Of a stretch of 39,867 nucleotides of DNA, positions 26,738 through 33,339 are shown one piece after another. The DNA is from a virus, in the IMG/VR virus record IMGVR_UViG_3300045988_181388, positions 1-39,867 of that record. One strand, given 5' to 3'. The translations under genes were made by a program, and so were the position numbers. How positions within the stretch are numbered: the stretch's first letter is position 1; the number at the start of each line of letters is the position of its first letter. The notes below the pieces were generated by a model that saw only the letters and a program-made list of their open reading frames with translations, did not search any database and was not told where the DNA came from.

Positions 26738-27140
26738 TTCCATGACGTTTGTTGGCGTGGATAACATGCCTTTCGACGTTAACCAAAACGAGCCGTTAGA
26801 GCTTGAAATTAAAAGCTCATACGACTTTGAAAGAATGTACTTTTATTTCAAGAATAACGGCGCAGAATCGGTTGTACGCGGCAAAAAAGGCTCGGACGGC
26901 TCACAGATTATAGAAGTGCCGAAAGAGCTTTTAACGGCGGGGAAAATCGACCTTACCGTAAGCCTGCGCGACGGTATGAAGCTTTTAAAAAAGTGGGTCG
27001 TTTCGCCGCTTTTAATATCCGAATACGACGAGGATTTAGTCGTTTCAGATTATTTAAAAAATATTGAAGACAAAATAACACAACTTAACGAAAGAGTTAA
27101 AGCTCTTGAAGAGAAAAACGATAATTTATTAAAATTATAA
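26715..27140 (+). CDS. Hypothetical protein with a C-terminal coiled coil (141 aa)
   Basis: ATG 26715 follows AAGGAGAAAG. The C-terminus reads IEDKITQLNERVKALEEKNDNLLKL. Confidence 0.5.
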   Translation: MKRTISLDSMTFVGVDNMPFDVNQNEPLELEIKSSYDFERMYFYFKNNGAESVVRGKKGSDGSQIIEVPKELLTAGKIDLTVSLRDGMKLLKKWVVSPLLISEYDEDLVVSDYLKNIEDKITQLNERVKALEEKNDNLLKL

Positions 27141-27152
27141 AGGAGAAAAATC

Positions 27153-27926
27153 ATGAAAAAAATCATCTTAATTTTGCTTACAATCGCTCTCGTTTTCGCT
27201 GTGCCGTTCGGCATGGCGACTGCCCACGCCGAAGAGAACGGGGGCGGGACAGAGGCACAGCCGGGACAGGAAAGCGTTATCGAATCGGAATCGGCGGACG
27301 GACCCGAACAAGGCTCCGAGACGATAACCATAACAAAAGACGAGCTTAAACGGCTTATCGATGAAGCGTTGACGGAAAATCAGAAAAATATCATCTCGAT
27401 GTTATCCGAAAAGATTTCGGGCTTGACGGGGCTTGACTTTACGGCGATATATTTAATAATAGCCGCTTGCGCCGTCGTTTTGCTCGGAATTATAGTATTT
27501 ATCGTTAAATACGTGCGCACGAAGACGCGTTTAAAAGCTACACAAGGAGCTTATGCTCTCGAAAAGCAGATTGCCGAGAGCAATTCGGAAATTTTAAAAA
27601 CGCTTTCCAACGACGGTATTGCAAAAATTGTTCTTGACGCAATGAAAGAAGGCGGCGACGACCTCGTGATAAAGCTTGCAACGGCTTTAAAGCTCGATGA
27701 AACAACTATCTCGAAGCTTATAACGGCGCAGGAAATGGCGGAAGAGCGTGAAAAGAAAATCATGCTTGCGCTTAAAGCGATCGCCAAAGATGCGGGAAGA
27801 ACGGAAGTTGTAAACACTCTTTCGGAAGTTCCCGAGAAGTCCTTTGTTGAGAAAATGACCCTTGAAAACGAAAAGCTTAAACTTGCGCTCGGCGAAAAAA
27901 AAGTCGACGAGATACTTTCAAAATGA
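27153..27926 (+). CDS. Type-I membrane protein with a signal peptide (257 aa)
   Basis: SD AAGGAGAAAA lies upstream. Signal peptide is MKKIILILLTIALVFAVPFGMATAHA|EE, the central TM is IYLIIAACAVVLLGIIVFIV, and the C-terminus is coiled coil. Confidence 0.6.
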   Translation: MKKIILILLTIALVFAVPFGMATAHAEENGGGTEAQPGQESVIESESADGPEQGSETITITKDELKRLIDEALTENQKNIISMLSEKISGLTGLDFTAIYLIIAACAVVLLGIIVFIVKYVRTKTRLKATQGAYALEKQIAESNSEILKTLSNDGIAKIVLDAMKEGGDDLVIKLATALKLDETTISKLITAQEMAEEREKKIMLALKAIAKDAGRTEVVNTLSEVPEKSFVEKMTLENEKLKLALGEKKVDEILSK

Positions 27927-27934
27927 GGTAAACA

Positions 27935-28399
27935 ATGAAAAGAAAATTAACTAATCAAGGTAAGGCGGCAGTATATGCCGCCGTTGCTTTGCTATTATAT
28001 ATCGTGCCGTTTATAATCGTCATGATTTATCATCGCGAGAAGATATTTAAAAGCCCGAAAGCGGCTTTATCGCTCTTTTCTATAACAGCGTTGTGCTTCG
28101 TCCTTTTCTTCCTTAAAAACCTTGTAAAAACGCTTTGCAAAATTTTAACGCCGATAGGATTCGGAAGCATGATAGCCTTACTTGTCTCGCTTGCATTAAC
28201 GTCGTATTTAACCGATTTAACGCTTATAGCGACGGCAAGCGTTATCGGAAGCGTGCTTGCCTGGTATCCGTATCAGCTTGCCGCGACGTATACACGCCAC
28301 AGCAAGGACGAGAACGGCGACGTTATCAAGGCGGCGGGAATGGACTTTAAAACGGCAAACGATAAGCTCTTCCAGATAAGCATAAGCGTAAAGGAGTAA
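27935..28399 (+). CDS. Polytopic membrane protein (154 aa, about 4 TM); holin candidate
   Basis: Four hydrophobic segments. The position at the end of the late operon fits a holin. The function is inferred. Confidence 0.5.
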   Translation: MKRKLTNQGKAAVYAAVALLLYIVPFIIVMIYHREKIFKSPKAALSLFSITALCFVLFFLKNLVKTLCKILTPIGFGSMIALLVSLALTSYLTDLTLIATASVIGSVLAWYPYQLAATYTRHSKDENGDVIKAAGMDFKTANDKLFQISISVKE

Positions 28400-28402
28400 T
28401 TT

Positions 28403-29311
28403 ATGGCAGATTTTTTCTCGGCAAACGAAACCGCAAAGGACGTTAAAGAATCTAAAATCATGACGGCGGAAACGGCAAAAAAGAAAGCCGCAACCACGGC
28501 GGCGGGTTGGTTTGTCAGAAACTCAAATAATATATTTACCGTCCTGCTTCTTCTTTCCGCAACGGTTATCGTTTTCGTCGCTTCCGTAGCGTTCGACAAT
28601 CCGTTTACGCGGCGAGAGATTACTGCGGCAATAATTATGCTTGCCGCATGCTCGTATCTGCTGTTCTTAAACGGCTACCGTTCAGGCGAAACGGAATATT
28701 TAAAGACGAAAGACTTTATCGAGACGGAAAAAACGCAGAACGCTTTAATAACAGAAGTAAAAGATAAAAAGCTTTTATACTTGCTTACAGACTTTTGCGA
28801 GGACTATATCCGCGAAGAGTTGAGAGCAAAACGAAACGAGATTCTTTTGCCCGAAAACGTAAGCGAAGAGGAGTTTAACAAGTACATTGCCGGCGAAGAA
28901 ACAAAGCTCAACGAAAGTCAGTTAAAGGCTTGTGAAGTTGCGCGAAAAATAAAGCCGATACGCTTAACGCGTGAGATGATATTAAAATGTTCTGAAACGA
29001 ACAGCCGTTCGCCGCTTAATTCGGAAACGAAAATTAAAGTGATGATAGGCACGCGCTTTTTTTCAAAATTTATATCGGTTTGCGTTACGTCCGTTTTTGC
29101 CTTTTCTTTGAGTTATCGAATAATAACTCAATTCTCGCTCGCAACAGTCTTGCAAGGCGTTGTGTGCGTACTTTTTATGCTGTTCGGGCTTGTGAGCGGA
29201 ATCTCGTTCGGATTCAAGATACAAGGCAAATATACGGCAATTAAAGCTGAAAAAAACACGCTTTTAAAACAGTTTTTAGAGTGGAGCGAAAAGAAAACAA
29301 CAATTGAATAA
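28403..29311 (+). CDS. Polytopic membrane protein with a central soluble domain (302 aa)
   Basis: Two TM pairs flank a charged domain of about 130 aa. Confidence 0.55.
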   Translation: MADFFSANETAKDVKESKIMTAETAKKKAATTAAGWFVRNSNNIFTVLLLLSATVIVFVASVAFDNPFTRREITAAIIMLAACSYLLFLNGYRSGETEYLKTKDFIETEKTQNALITEVKDKKLLYLLTDFCEDYIREELRAKRNEILLPENVSEEEFNKYIAGEETKLNESQLKACEVARKIKPIRLTREMILKCSETNSRSPLNSETKIKVMIGTRFFSKFISVCVTSVFAFSLSYRIITQFSLATVLQGVVCVLFMLFGLVSGISFGFKIQGKYTAIKAEKNTLLKQFLEWSEKKTTIE

Positions 29312-29324
29312 ATAAAGGTGAATA

Positions 29325-29531
29325 ATGAAAAATTTTGACGTCGATACTTGTACGACGGAAGAACTGTTCAAACGCTGTCAGGCGTTGCGTTTTTCTGCCC
29401 AAAACGTCAGTTTAGCCGTCAATTTTTTTATACTGAAGACACCGCATAAAAGCCTTGCAGATAAATACTGCATTGACGAAAAATCCGTTACGATGAGAAA
29501 GTGGCGGATGAAAAAAATATTAAATACATAA
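29325..29531 (+). CDS. Small HTH protein (68 aa, sigma region-4-like)
   Basis: KSLADKYCIDEKSVTMRKWRMKKIL resembles a region-4/LuxR-type HTH. It is the last gene before a strong terminator. Confidence 0.45.
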   Translation: MKNFDVDTCTTEELFKRCQALRFSAQNVSLAVNFFILKTPHKSLADKYCIDEKSVTMRKWRMKKILNT

Positions 29532-29533
29532 AA

Positions 29534-29576
29534 AGAGCCTGTGCGAGTAGCTACTTCGCGCAGGCTCTTTTTTTTT
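29534..29576 (+). terminator. Strong intrinsic terminator ending the late operon
   Basis: Long stem agagcctgtgcgagtag / ctacttcgcgcaggctct followed by T9. Confidence 0.85.
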
Positions 29577-29675
29577 CCTAAATTTACTCAGGAATGAAAG
29601 ACAACTATATTATTTCACATATTTCAAAAAAAATCAAACGATTTTATCAATTTTTTTAAAATTTTTTTTGTAGAG

Positions 29676-29707
29676 CTTTTGTATACCTTTTGTATATGCT
29701 TTGTAGG
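29676..29707 (+). repeat. Three phased 11-bp repeats (cttttgtata c / cttttgtata tg / ctttgtagg) abutting the cargo promoter -35
   Basis: Read directly at 29676, 29687 and 29699. Confidence 0.8.
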
Positions 29708-29736
29708 TTCAAATAAAAGCCGTAAAGCCGTATAAT
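29708..29736 (+). promoter_or_regulatory. Promoter TTCAAA-N17-TATAAT for the cargo operon
   Basis: TTCAAA at 29708-29713 and TATAAT at 29731-29736. The spacer contains the tandem aaagccgt x2. The gene start lies 28 nt downstream, with SD AAGAGGTG. Confidence 0.55.
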
Positions 29737-29763
29737 TCCCTTAGAAAGTAAAGAGGTGAAAAC

Positions 29764-30105
29764 ATGTACGAAAACCCTTATTTTAACCCTTACGGCGGCA
29801 TGCCGCGGCAATATCCACCCCAACAGCCCGCACAGGCGCAGACAAATATTATCTTCGTAAACGGCTTGGAAGACGTTAAAAGCCGCTTACAACCTTGCCG
29901 CTCTCAAATGCTTTACAGCGACAACGACAAAAATCTCGTCTATTTAAAAGCGGTTGACGATACCGGGCATTTTACCGTAAAGGTATTCGACCTCGTAGAG
30001 CATAAAGAGGAGCAAGCTCCAGAAGTGAGCTATCTTACCCGGGCAGAGTTTGAAGAGTTTAAAAAGAGCTTAACGCCAAAAACGGAAGAGGGGGCGAACG
30101 TATGA
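29764..30105 (+). CDS. Cargo protein 1: Pro/Gln/Tyr-rich N-terminus plus a small beta-rich domain (113 aa)
   Basis: Reads MYENPYFNPYGGMPRQYPPQQPAQAQ.. and has a strong SD. Confidence 0.6.
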   Translation: MYENPYFNPYGGMPRQYPPQQPAQAQTNIIFVNGLEDVKSRLQPCRSQMLYSDNDKNLVYLKAVDDTGHFTVKVFDLVEHKEEQAPEVSYLTRAEFEEFKKSLTPKTEEGANV

Positions 30106-30380
30106 ATTTTTTAAAGCAAAGCATGGGCATGGGCGGAGCTGTAAGGCAAGGCGGAGCATTGCCGCCTCAGCTTATGGGCGCGATTCAGGATATAAAACGC
30201 ATGCAAGCCGTGTGCGGCGGAAACATGCAAGCGATGATAAATCAAGTCGCGGCACAACGCCCTGAAATCGGGCAAGCCTTAAAAGCGGCTCAGAACGGCA
30301 ACGCTCGGCAAATAGTCGAGCAGTTATGCCAAAAGCAAGGTATAGACGTAAACGCCTTTATGCAAGCGTTACAAGCTTAA
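30102..30380 (+). CDS. Cargo protein 2: Gln/Ala/Gly-rich helical protein (92 aa)
   Basis: ATGA overlap with the upstream gene. Confidence 0.55.
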   Translation: MNFLKQSMGMGGAVRQGGALPPQLMGAIQDIKRMQAVCGGNMQAMINQVAAQRPEIGQALKAAQNGNARQIVEQLCQKQGIDVNAFMQALQA

Positions 30381-30439
30381 TATTAACGTTCGACGCGCGG
30401 CGAGCGATAATATAAATTAAATTTACAAGGAGAACTTTT

Positions 30440-31036
30440 ATGGAAGGAACAGGCATTACTCCCGTCATGGATATGAATCGCGGCTACGGTGACGCTTGCG
30501 GATTCGGCGGAAGCGGATTGTGGCTCTTTGCTATCCTCGCGCTCATGTGGGGCGGCGGCGGACTATTCGGGAACCGCTACGCACAGGACGGCAGAGCGGC
30601 AACGGTCGAGGATTTAAACAATTCGGCGAACTTTACAAGGCTTGAAAGTCAAGTCATGAATAACGGCAACAGAATTGAGCAGAAAGCGGACGCTGTTTAC
30701 AGCGGAATCTGCGACCTCGGCTACGAGATGTCAAAACAATTCGGCGACACAAAAGCGCAGATGGCAACATGTTGTTGCGAAACTCAGCGTGCTATCGACG
30801 GCGTAAGATACGACGGCGTAATCAACACGGCGGCTTTAAAAGAAGCAGGCACGGCAAATACGCAGAAAATCCTCGACGCTATCTCGCAGAACAAAATCGA
30901 AGCTTTGCAAGCAAAAATTAACCAGCTCGAGCTTCAGCAGGCTGTGGCGGGGGTCGTAAGATATCCTACACAGTACGCTTATAACGCCGGGCAGTCCCCG
31001 TTTTGCGGCGGCGCATGCGGTTGCGGCGTGGCTTAA
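30440..31036 (+). CDS. Cargo protein 3: glycine-flanked TM segment, CCC motif and Cys/Gly-rich C-terminus (198 aa)
   Basis: SD AAGGAGAA lies upstream. Motifs are GFGGSGLWLFAILALMWGGGGLFGN, MATCCCETQRAIDGVRYDG and FCGGACGCGVA. Confidence 0.65.
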   Translation: MEGTGITPVMDMNRGYGDACGFGGSGLWLFAILALMWGGGGLFGNRYAQDGRAATVEDLNNSANFTRLESQVMNNGNRIEQKADAVYSGICDLGYEMSKQFGDTKAQMATCCCETQRAIDGVRYDGVINTAALKEAGTANTQKILDAISQNKIEALQAKINQLELQQAVAGVVRYPTQYAYNAGQSPFCGGACGCGVA

Positions 31037-31065
31037 AATCTAAATTACCGCTTTAACAGCGCATT

Positions 31066-31105
31066 CCCCCTTGTCGTACAGGCTTTGCGCGGCAAGGGGG
31101 TTTTA
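31066..31105 (+). terminator. Intrinsic terminator (probably partial) within the cargo operon
   Basis: Stem cccccttg..caaggggg followed by ttttaaataaaaa. Confidence 0.6.
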
Positions 31106-31129
31106 AATAAAAATTAAGGAGAAAATATT

Positions 31130-31567
31130 ATGACTTGCTTAAAAAACGCACATTATAAGTCGTCCGCTCAGACGTATAACGGCACGGCGCAGGCTTTAAC
31201 GGCGGTTGCTTCGCCGCTTATTCTCGGCGCAGTTATTACCGACACGGGCATATCTTTAACGCCAAGCGCGGCGGGTATAACCGTTAATAAAAGCGGATTA
31301 TACCGTATTTCGGCAGACGTAACAATAACGTCCACGGCGGCGGGCATTATCAATCTTCAAGCGTATATCAACGGCACGGCACGCCCCGAAACGCTTAGAG
31401 CGGTTACCGTTCCCGCGGCGGGCAATACCGTCGTACATCTCGAGACGGTAGCCTACATCTCCGCGTGTTGCGCGATGAATCCGATAATAACAATCGTCGG
31501 CAATGCAGAAGGCGCGGCGGCTGGTAGCGTTTCGCTCATTGCTGTAAACGTCATAAAAGAGGCGTAA
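31130..31567 (+). CDS. BclA C-terminal-domain-like (C1q/TNF-like jelly-roll) protein lacking a collagen stalk (145 aa)
   Basis: The pattern ..ITVNKSGLYRISADVTITSTAAGIINLQAYINGTARPET..VVHLETVAYI..SLIAVNVIKEA parallels the BclA CTD (..ISETGFYKITVIANTATASVLGGLTIQVNGVPVPGT..IIIEKVA), from memory. Confidence 0.5.
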   Translation: MTCLKNAHYKSSAQTYNGTAQALTAVASPLILGAVITDTGISLTPSAAGITVNKSGLYRISADVTITSTAAGIINLQAYINGTARPETLRAVTVPAAGNTVVHLETVAYISACCAMNPIITIVGNAEGAAAGSVSLIAVNVIKEA

Positions 31568-31581
31568 AGGAGCGTGACGAA

Positions 31582-32028
31582 ATGCACCGCGAACTTATAC
31601 ACGATATCATTAAACATGGTTCTGACAGTCAAATGGAAGAGCTAAAAGACGTTTTAATCGATTTAATCGACGACGTTAAAAAGGACGATAAACAAGAATA
31701 CAAGGCTATCGAGATAAGGCTTTATCATATCCTTTACGGCGACAAGCTTTGCGAAAAGTACGCAAAAGAGTGGGTTAAGAAGCTTGAGCGCAACGACGGC
31801 GGCACGGGCGAGAAGTGGAGTATCGAACAAACGGAATCCGTTCGGCAGAATTACGCGCCGCAAGCCGATAAGTGGGAATGGTACGCGGTTTTAAATTCGA
31901 TTTATTCCGATTACTACCATGAGAAATTTGATAATACAATATATTATCAGCTTGCAAAAGATTTCATAACCGACAAGGACGCTGTGCGCGATAAAGTCCT
32001 CGCGTATTATATGTATATCGTCGGATAA
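31582..32028 (+). CDS. Hypothetical protein (148 aa) of a family common in Firmicutes prophages
   Basis: AKEWVKKLERNDGGTGEKWSIEQTE..LNSIYSDYY resembles a recurrent uncharacterised family (from memory). Confidence 0.6.
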   Translation: MHRELIHDIIKHGSDSQMEELKDVLIDLIDDVKKDDKQEYKAIEIRLYHILYGDKLCEKYAKEWVKKLERNDGGTGEKWSIEQTESVRQNYAPQADKWEWYAVLNSIYSDYYHEKFDNTIYYQLAKDFITDKDAVRDKVLAYYMYIVG

Positions 32029-32034
32029 AAAGAC

Positions 32035-32059
32035 AGCTACCGAGAAAACCTCGGTAGCT
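32035..32059. terminator. Bidirectional terminator between convergent genes
   Basis: 10-bp stem agctaccgag / ctcggtagct, with T-tracts on both strands. Confidence 0.8.
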
Positions 32060-32066
32060 TATTTTT

Positions 32067-32510
32067 TTAGTCGTGATAAGGTCTTTCCAATTTATCAACA
32101 ACCGCGTAGGCGGTTATGTCGTTCGGAAGAATTTTCCCCGAAAGCCAATTTTCCAAAGTCCTCTGCGGGACTTTGAGATATTTTGCAAATTTAGGAACGG
32201 TTAAATTGTACTTGTTACGATAAGCGTTTAATCTGTCGTCAAGGTCGAAGTAAATCGGATCATAACTGAAATGAAAGTCATTAGCCGCTTCTTCGTTATA
32301 ATCGTCGCTGCCGTAATCGTCAAACGTCTTATAATTAACGTCGTTCGGAATCTCATTTGAGCGAAGTTCTACACGATAACGCGAATCTTTACATCTGTCT
32401 TTTTCATTGCGAGCGTATTCAATCGCTTCCTTTTTATCAAGAGTTCTAAGCTCTTCCCATTCATCACTGGTGCCGACATTGCTTACAGAATATACCGTAT
32501 ATAATTTCAT
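32067..32510 (-). CDS. Operon gene 3: unknown N-domain fused to a C-terminal XRE/antitoxin-type HTH (147 aa)
   Basis: LTVPKFAKYLKVPQRTLENWLSGKILPNDITAYAVVDKL resembles HigA/MqsA-type HTHs (..rTlqnWE-G-r-P..). Confidence 0.65.
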   Translation of the reverse strand: MKLYTVYSVSNVGTSDEWEELRTLDKKEAIEYARNEKDRCKDSRYRVELRSNEIPNDVNYKTFDDYGSDDYNEEAANDFHFSYDPIYFDLDDRLNAYRNKYNLTVPKFAKYLKVPQRTLENWLSGKILPNDITAYAVVDKLERPYHD

Positions 32511-32523
32511 AATAAATCTCCTG

Positions 32524-32715
32524 TTATTTTACTAAGGTTACATTCCAACCTTTTGCTCTATATGTTTTTAAAAAACTGCCATTATACGAAAGCATCATAA
32601 ATTCGGGGATTCCGAACGCCTTTGTTTTCGGCGTACTTTCAAGCTTTATAACGTCTTCGCGAATTTTAGCATTAAGTTCAAATTTTATCTTTCCGTTTGT
32701 TGCTGTAACTTTCAT
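32524..32715 (-). CDS. Operon gene 2: small beta-rich protein (63 aa)
   Basis: ORF with an SD, 13 nt upstream of gene 3. No motif recognised. Confidence 0.55.
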   Translation of the reverse strand: MKVTATNGKIKFELNAKIREDVIKLESTPKTKAFGIPEFMMLSYNGSFLKTYRAKGWNVTLVK

Positions 32716-32760
32716 TTTTAATATCCTTTGCGGGGATTAGCCGCCCCGCTCGGCTTTTGT

Positions 32761-32958
32761 TTATTTATTTAAAGCGTTTAAATATGCTTTATATTGAGCT
32801 TCAACAGCGGTCATCGCTTCTTTGCTTTCTTTATCAAATTGAGACGAGTAATAATTTATCGCCGTGCAAGCCCATTCTACGAAGTCGGCTTTTTCTTTTG
32901 CTGTTCCGTTTTTTGCTATTTCGATTGCTTGATTGATTGCTTGTTCTAAATTTTCCAT
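32761..32958 (-). CDS. Operon gene 1: small helical protein (65 aa; alternative start at 32994)
   Basis: ATG 32958 lies 8 nt after AAAGGAG. The track start 32994 would be almost leaderless relative to the promoter. Confidence 0.55.
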   Translation of the reverse strand: MENLEQAINQAIEIAKNGTAKEKADFVEWACTAINYYSSQFDKESKEAMTAVEAQYKAYLNALNK

Positions 32959-33005
32959 TTTCATTTCTCCTTTGGGGTTTTCCCCCTCGCTCATCTTGTA
33001 CCTAT

Positions 33006-33034
33006 ATTATACCACCACCGTGGCGGTATGTCAA
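33006..33034 (-). promoter_or_regulatory. Perfect consensus promoter TTGACA-N17-TATAAT with an imperfect palindrome in the spacer
   Basis: On the minus strand, TTGACA is at 33034-33029 and TATAAT at 33011-33006. The spacer contains ACCGCCAC-g-GTGGTGGT (7/8 symmetric). Confidence 0.75.
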
Positions 33035-33071
33035 CAAAAATGAGGGGGTATTTAAAAAAAAATTAAAAATT

Positions 33072-33093
33072 TTTTAGCAACATTTTAGCAACG
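33072..33093. repeat. Arm-type repeat set 1 (ttttagcaaca x2)
   Basis: The 21-mer ttttagcaacattttagcaac is identical at 33072 and 33314. Confidence 0.85.
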
Positions 33094-33220
33094 AAATTTT
33101 TTAAAAAGATTTTTAGAAATATAGAGAAACGAAGTAAAAAGACGGCAAAAACCGATTAAAAAAGGGTAAACAAAGAAAAACAGGGCTTTATATTCAACCC
33201 CTGTTATCTGCACCAATATA

Positions 33221-33249
33221 AAAAGGCTATCGTTTGTCGATAGCCTTTT
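33221..33249 (-). terminator. Hairpin terminator downstream of int
   Basis: Stem of 10-12 bp, aaaaggctatcg / cgatagcctttt, with T-tracts on both strands. Confidence 0.55.
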
Positions 33250-33292
33250 TTCTTAGGTTTTATCTGTGATTTTGCGATTTTTATATGCTTGC

Positions 33293-33314
33293 ATTTAAAC
33301 AAAAATGTTTAAAT
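33293..33314. repeat. Perfect 9-4-9 palindrome ATTTAAACA-AAAA-TGTTTAAAT
   Basis: Read directly. It abuts arm repeat set 2. Confidence 0.85.
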
Positions 33315-33335
33315 TTTAGCAACATTTTAGCAACA
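33314..33335. repeat. Arm-type repeat set 2 (ttttagcaaca x2)
   Basis: Identical 21-mer, same orientation, 242 bp from set 1, next to the int stop codon. Confidence 0.85.
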
Positions 33336-33339
33336 AATA

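Larger units (their letters stand above)
33072..33335. other. Probable attP region
   Basis: Non-coding AT-rich DNA adjacent to int, bracketed by the duplicated tandem 11-mers. It also contains a 9-4-9 palindrome. The core site cannot be defined without the host sequence. Confidence 0.55.

Noticed and set aside
32524-32715. The 63-aa protein considered as a HicA-like toxin, and the 147-aa protein as a HicB-like antitoxin.
   Set aside because: The 63-aa protein has no GSH-type HicA motif, and the 147-aa N-domain lacks the PDLPG-type HicB signature. Only the generic HTH similarity remains.
33176-33217. Possible tRNA 3' fragment in attP (..ttcaacccctgttatctgcacca ends in CCA).
   Set aside because: The five bases before the putative T-loop do not pair with CCTGT. 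The actual hairpin has a 13-nt loop, so this is not tRNA geometry. It may still be near the core, but that cannot be shown without the host sequence.
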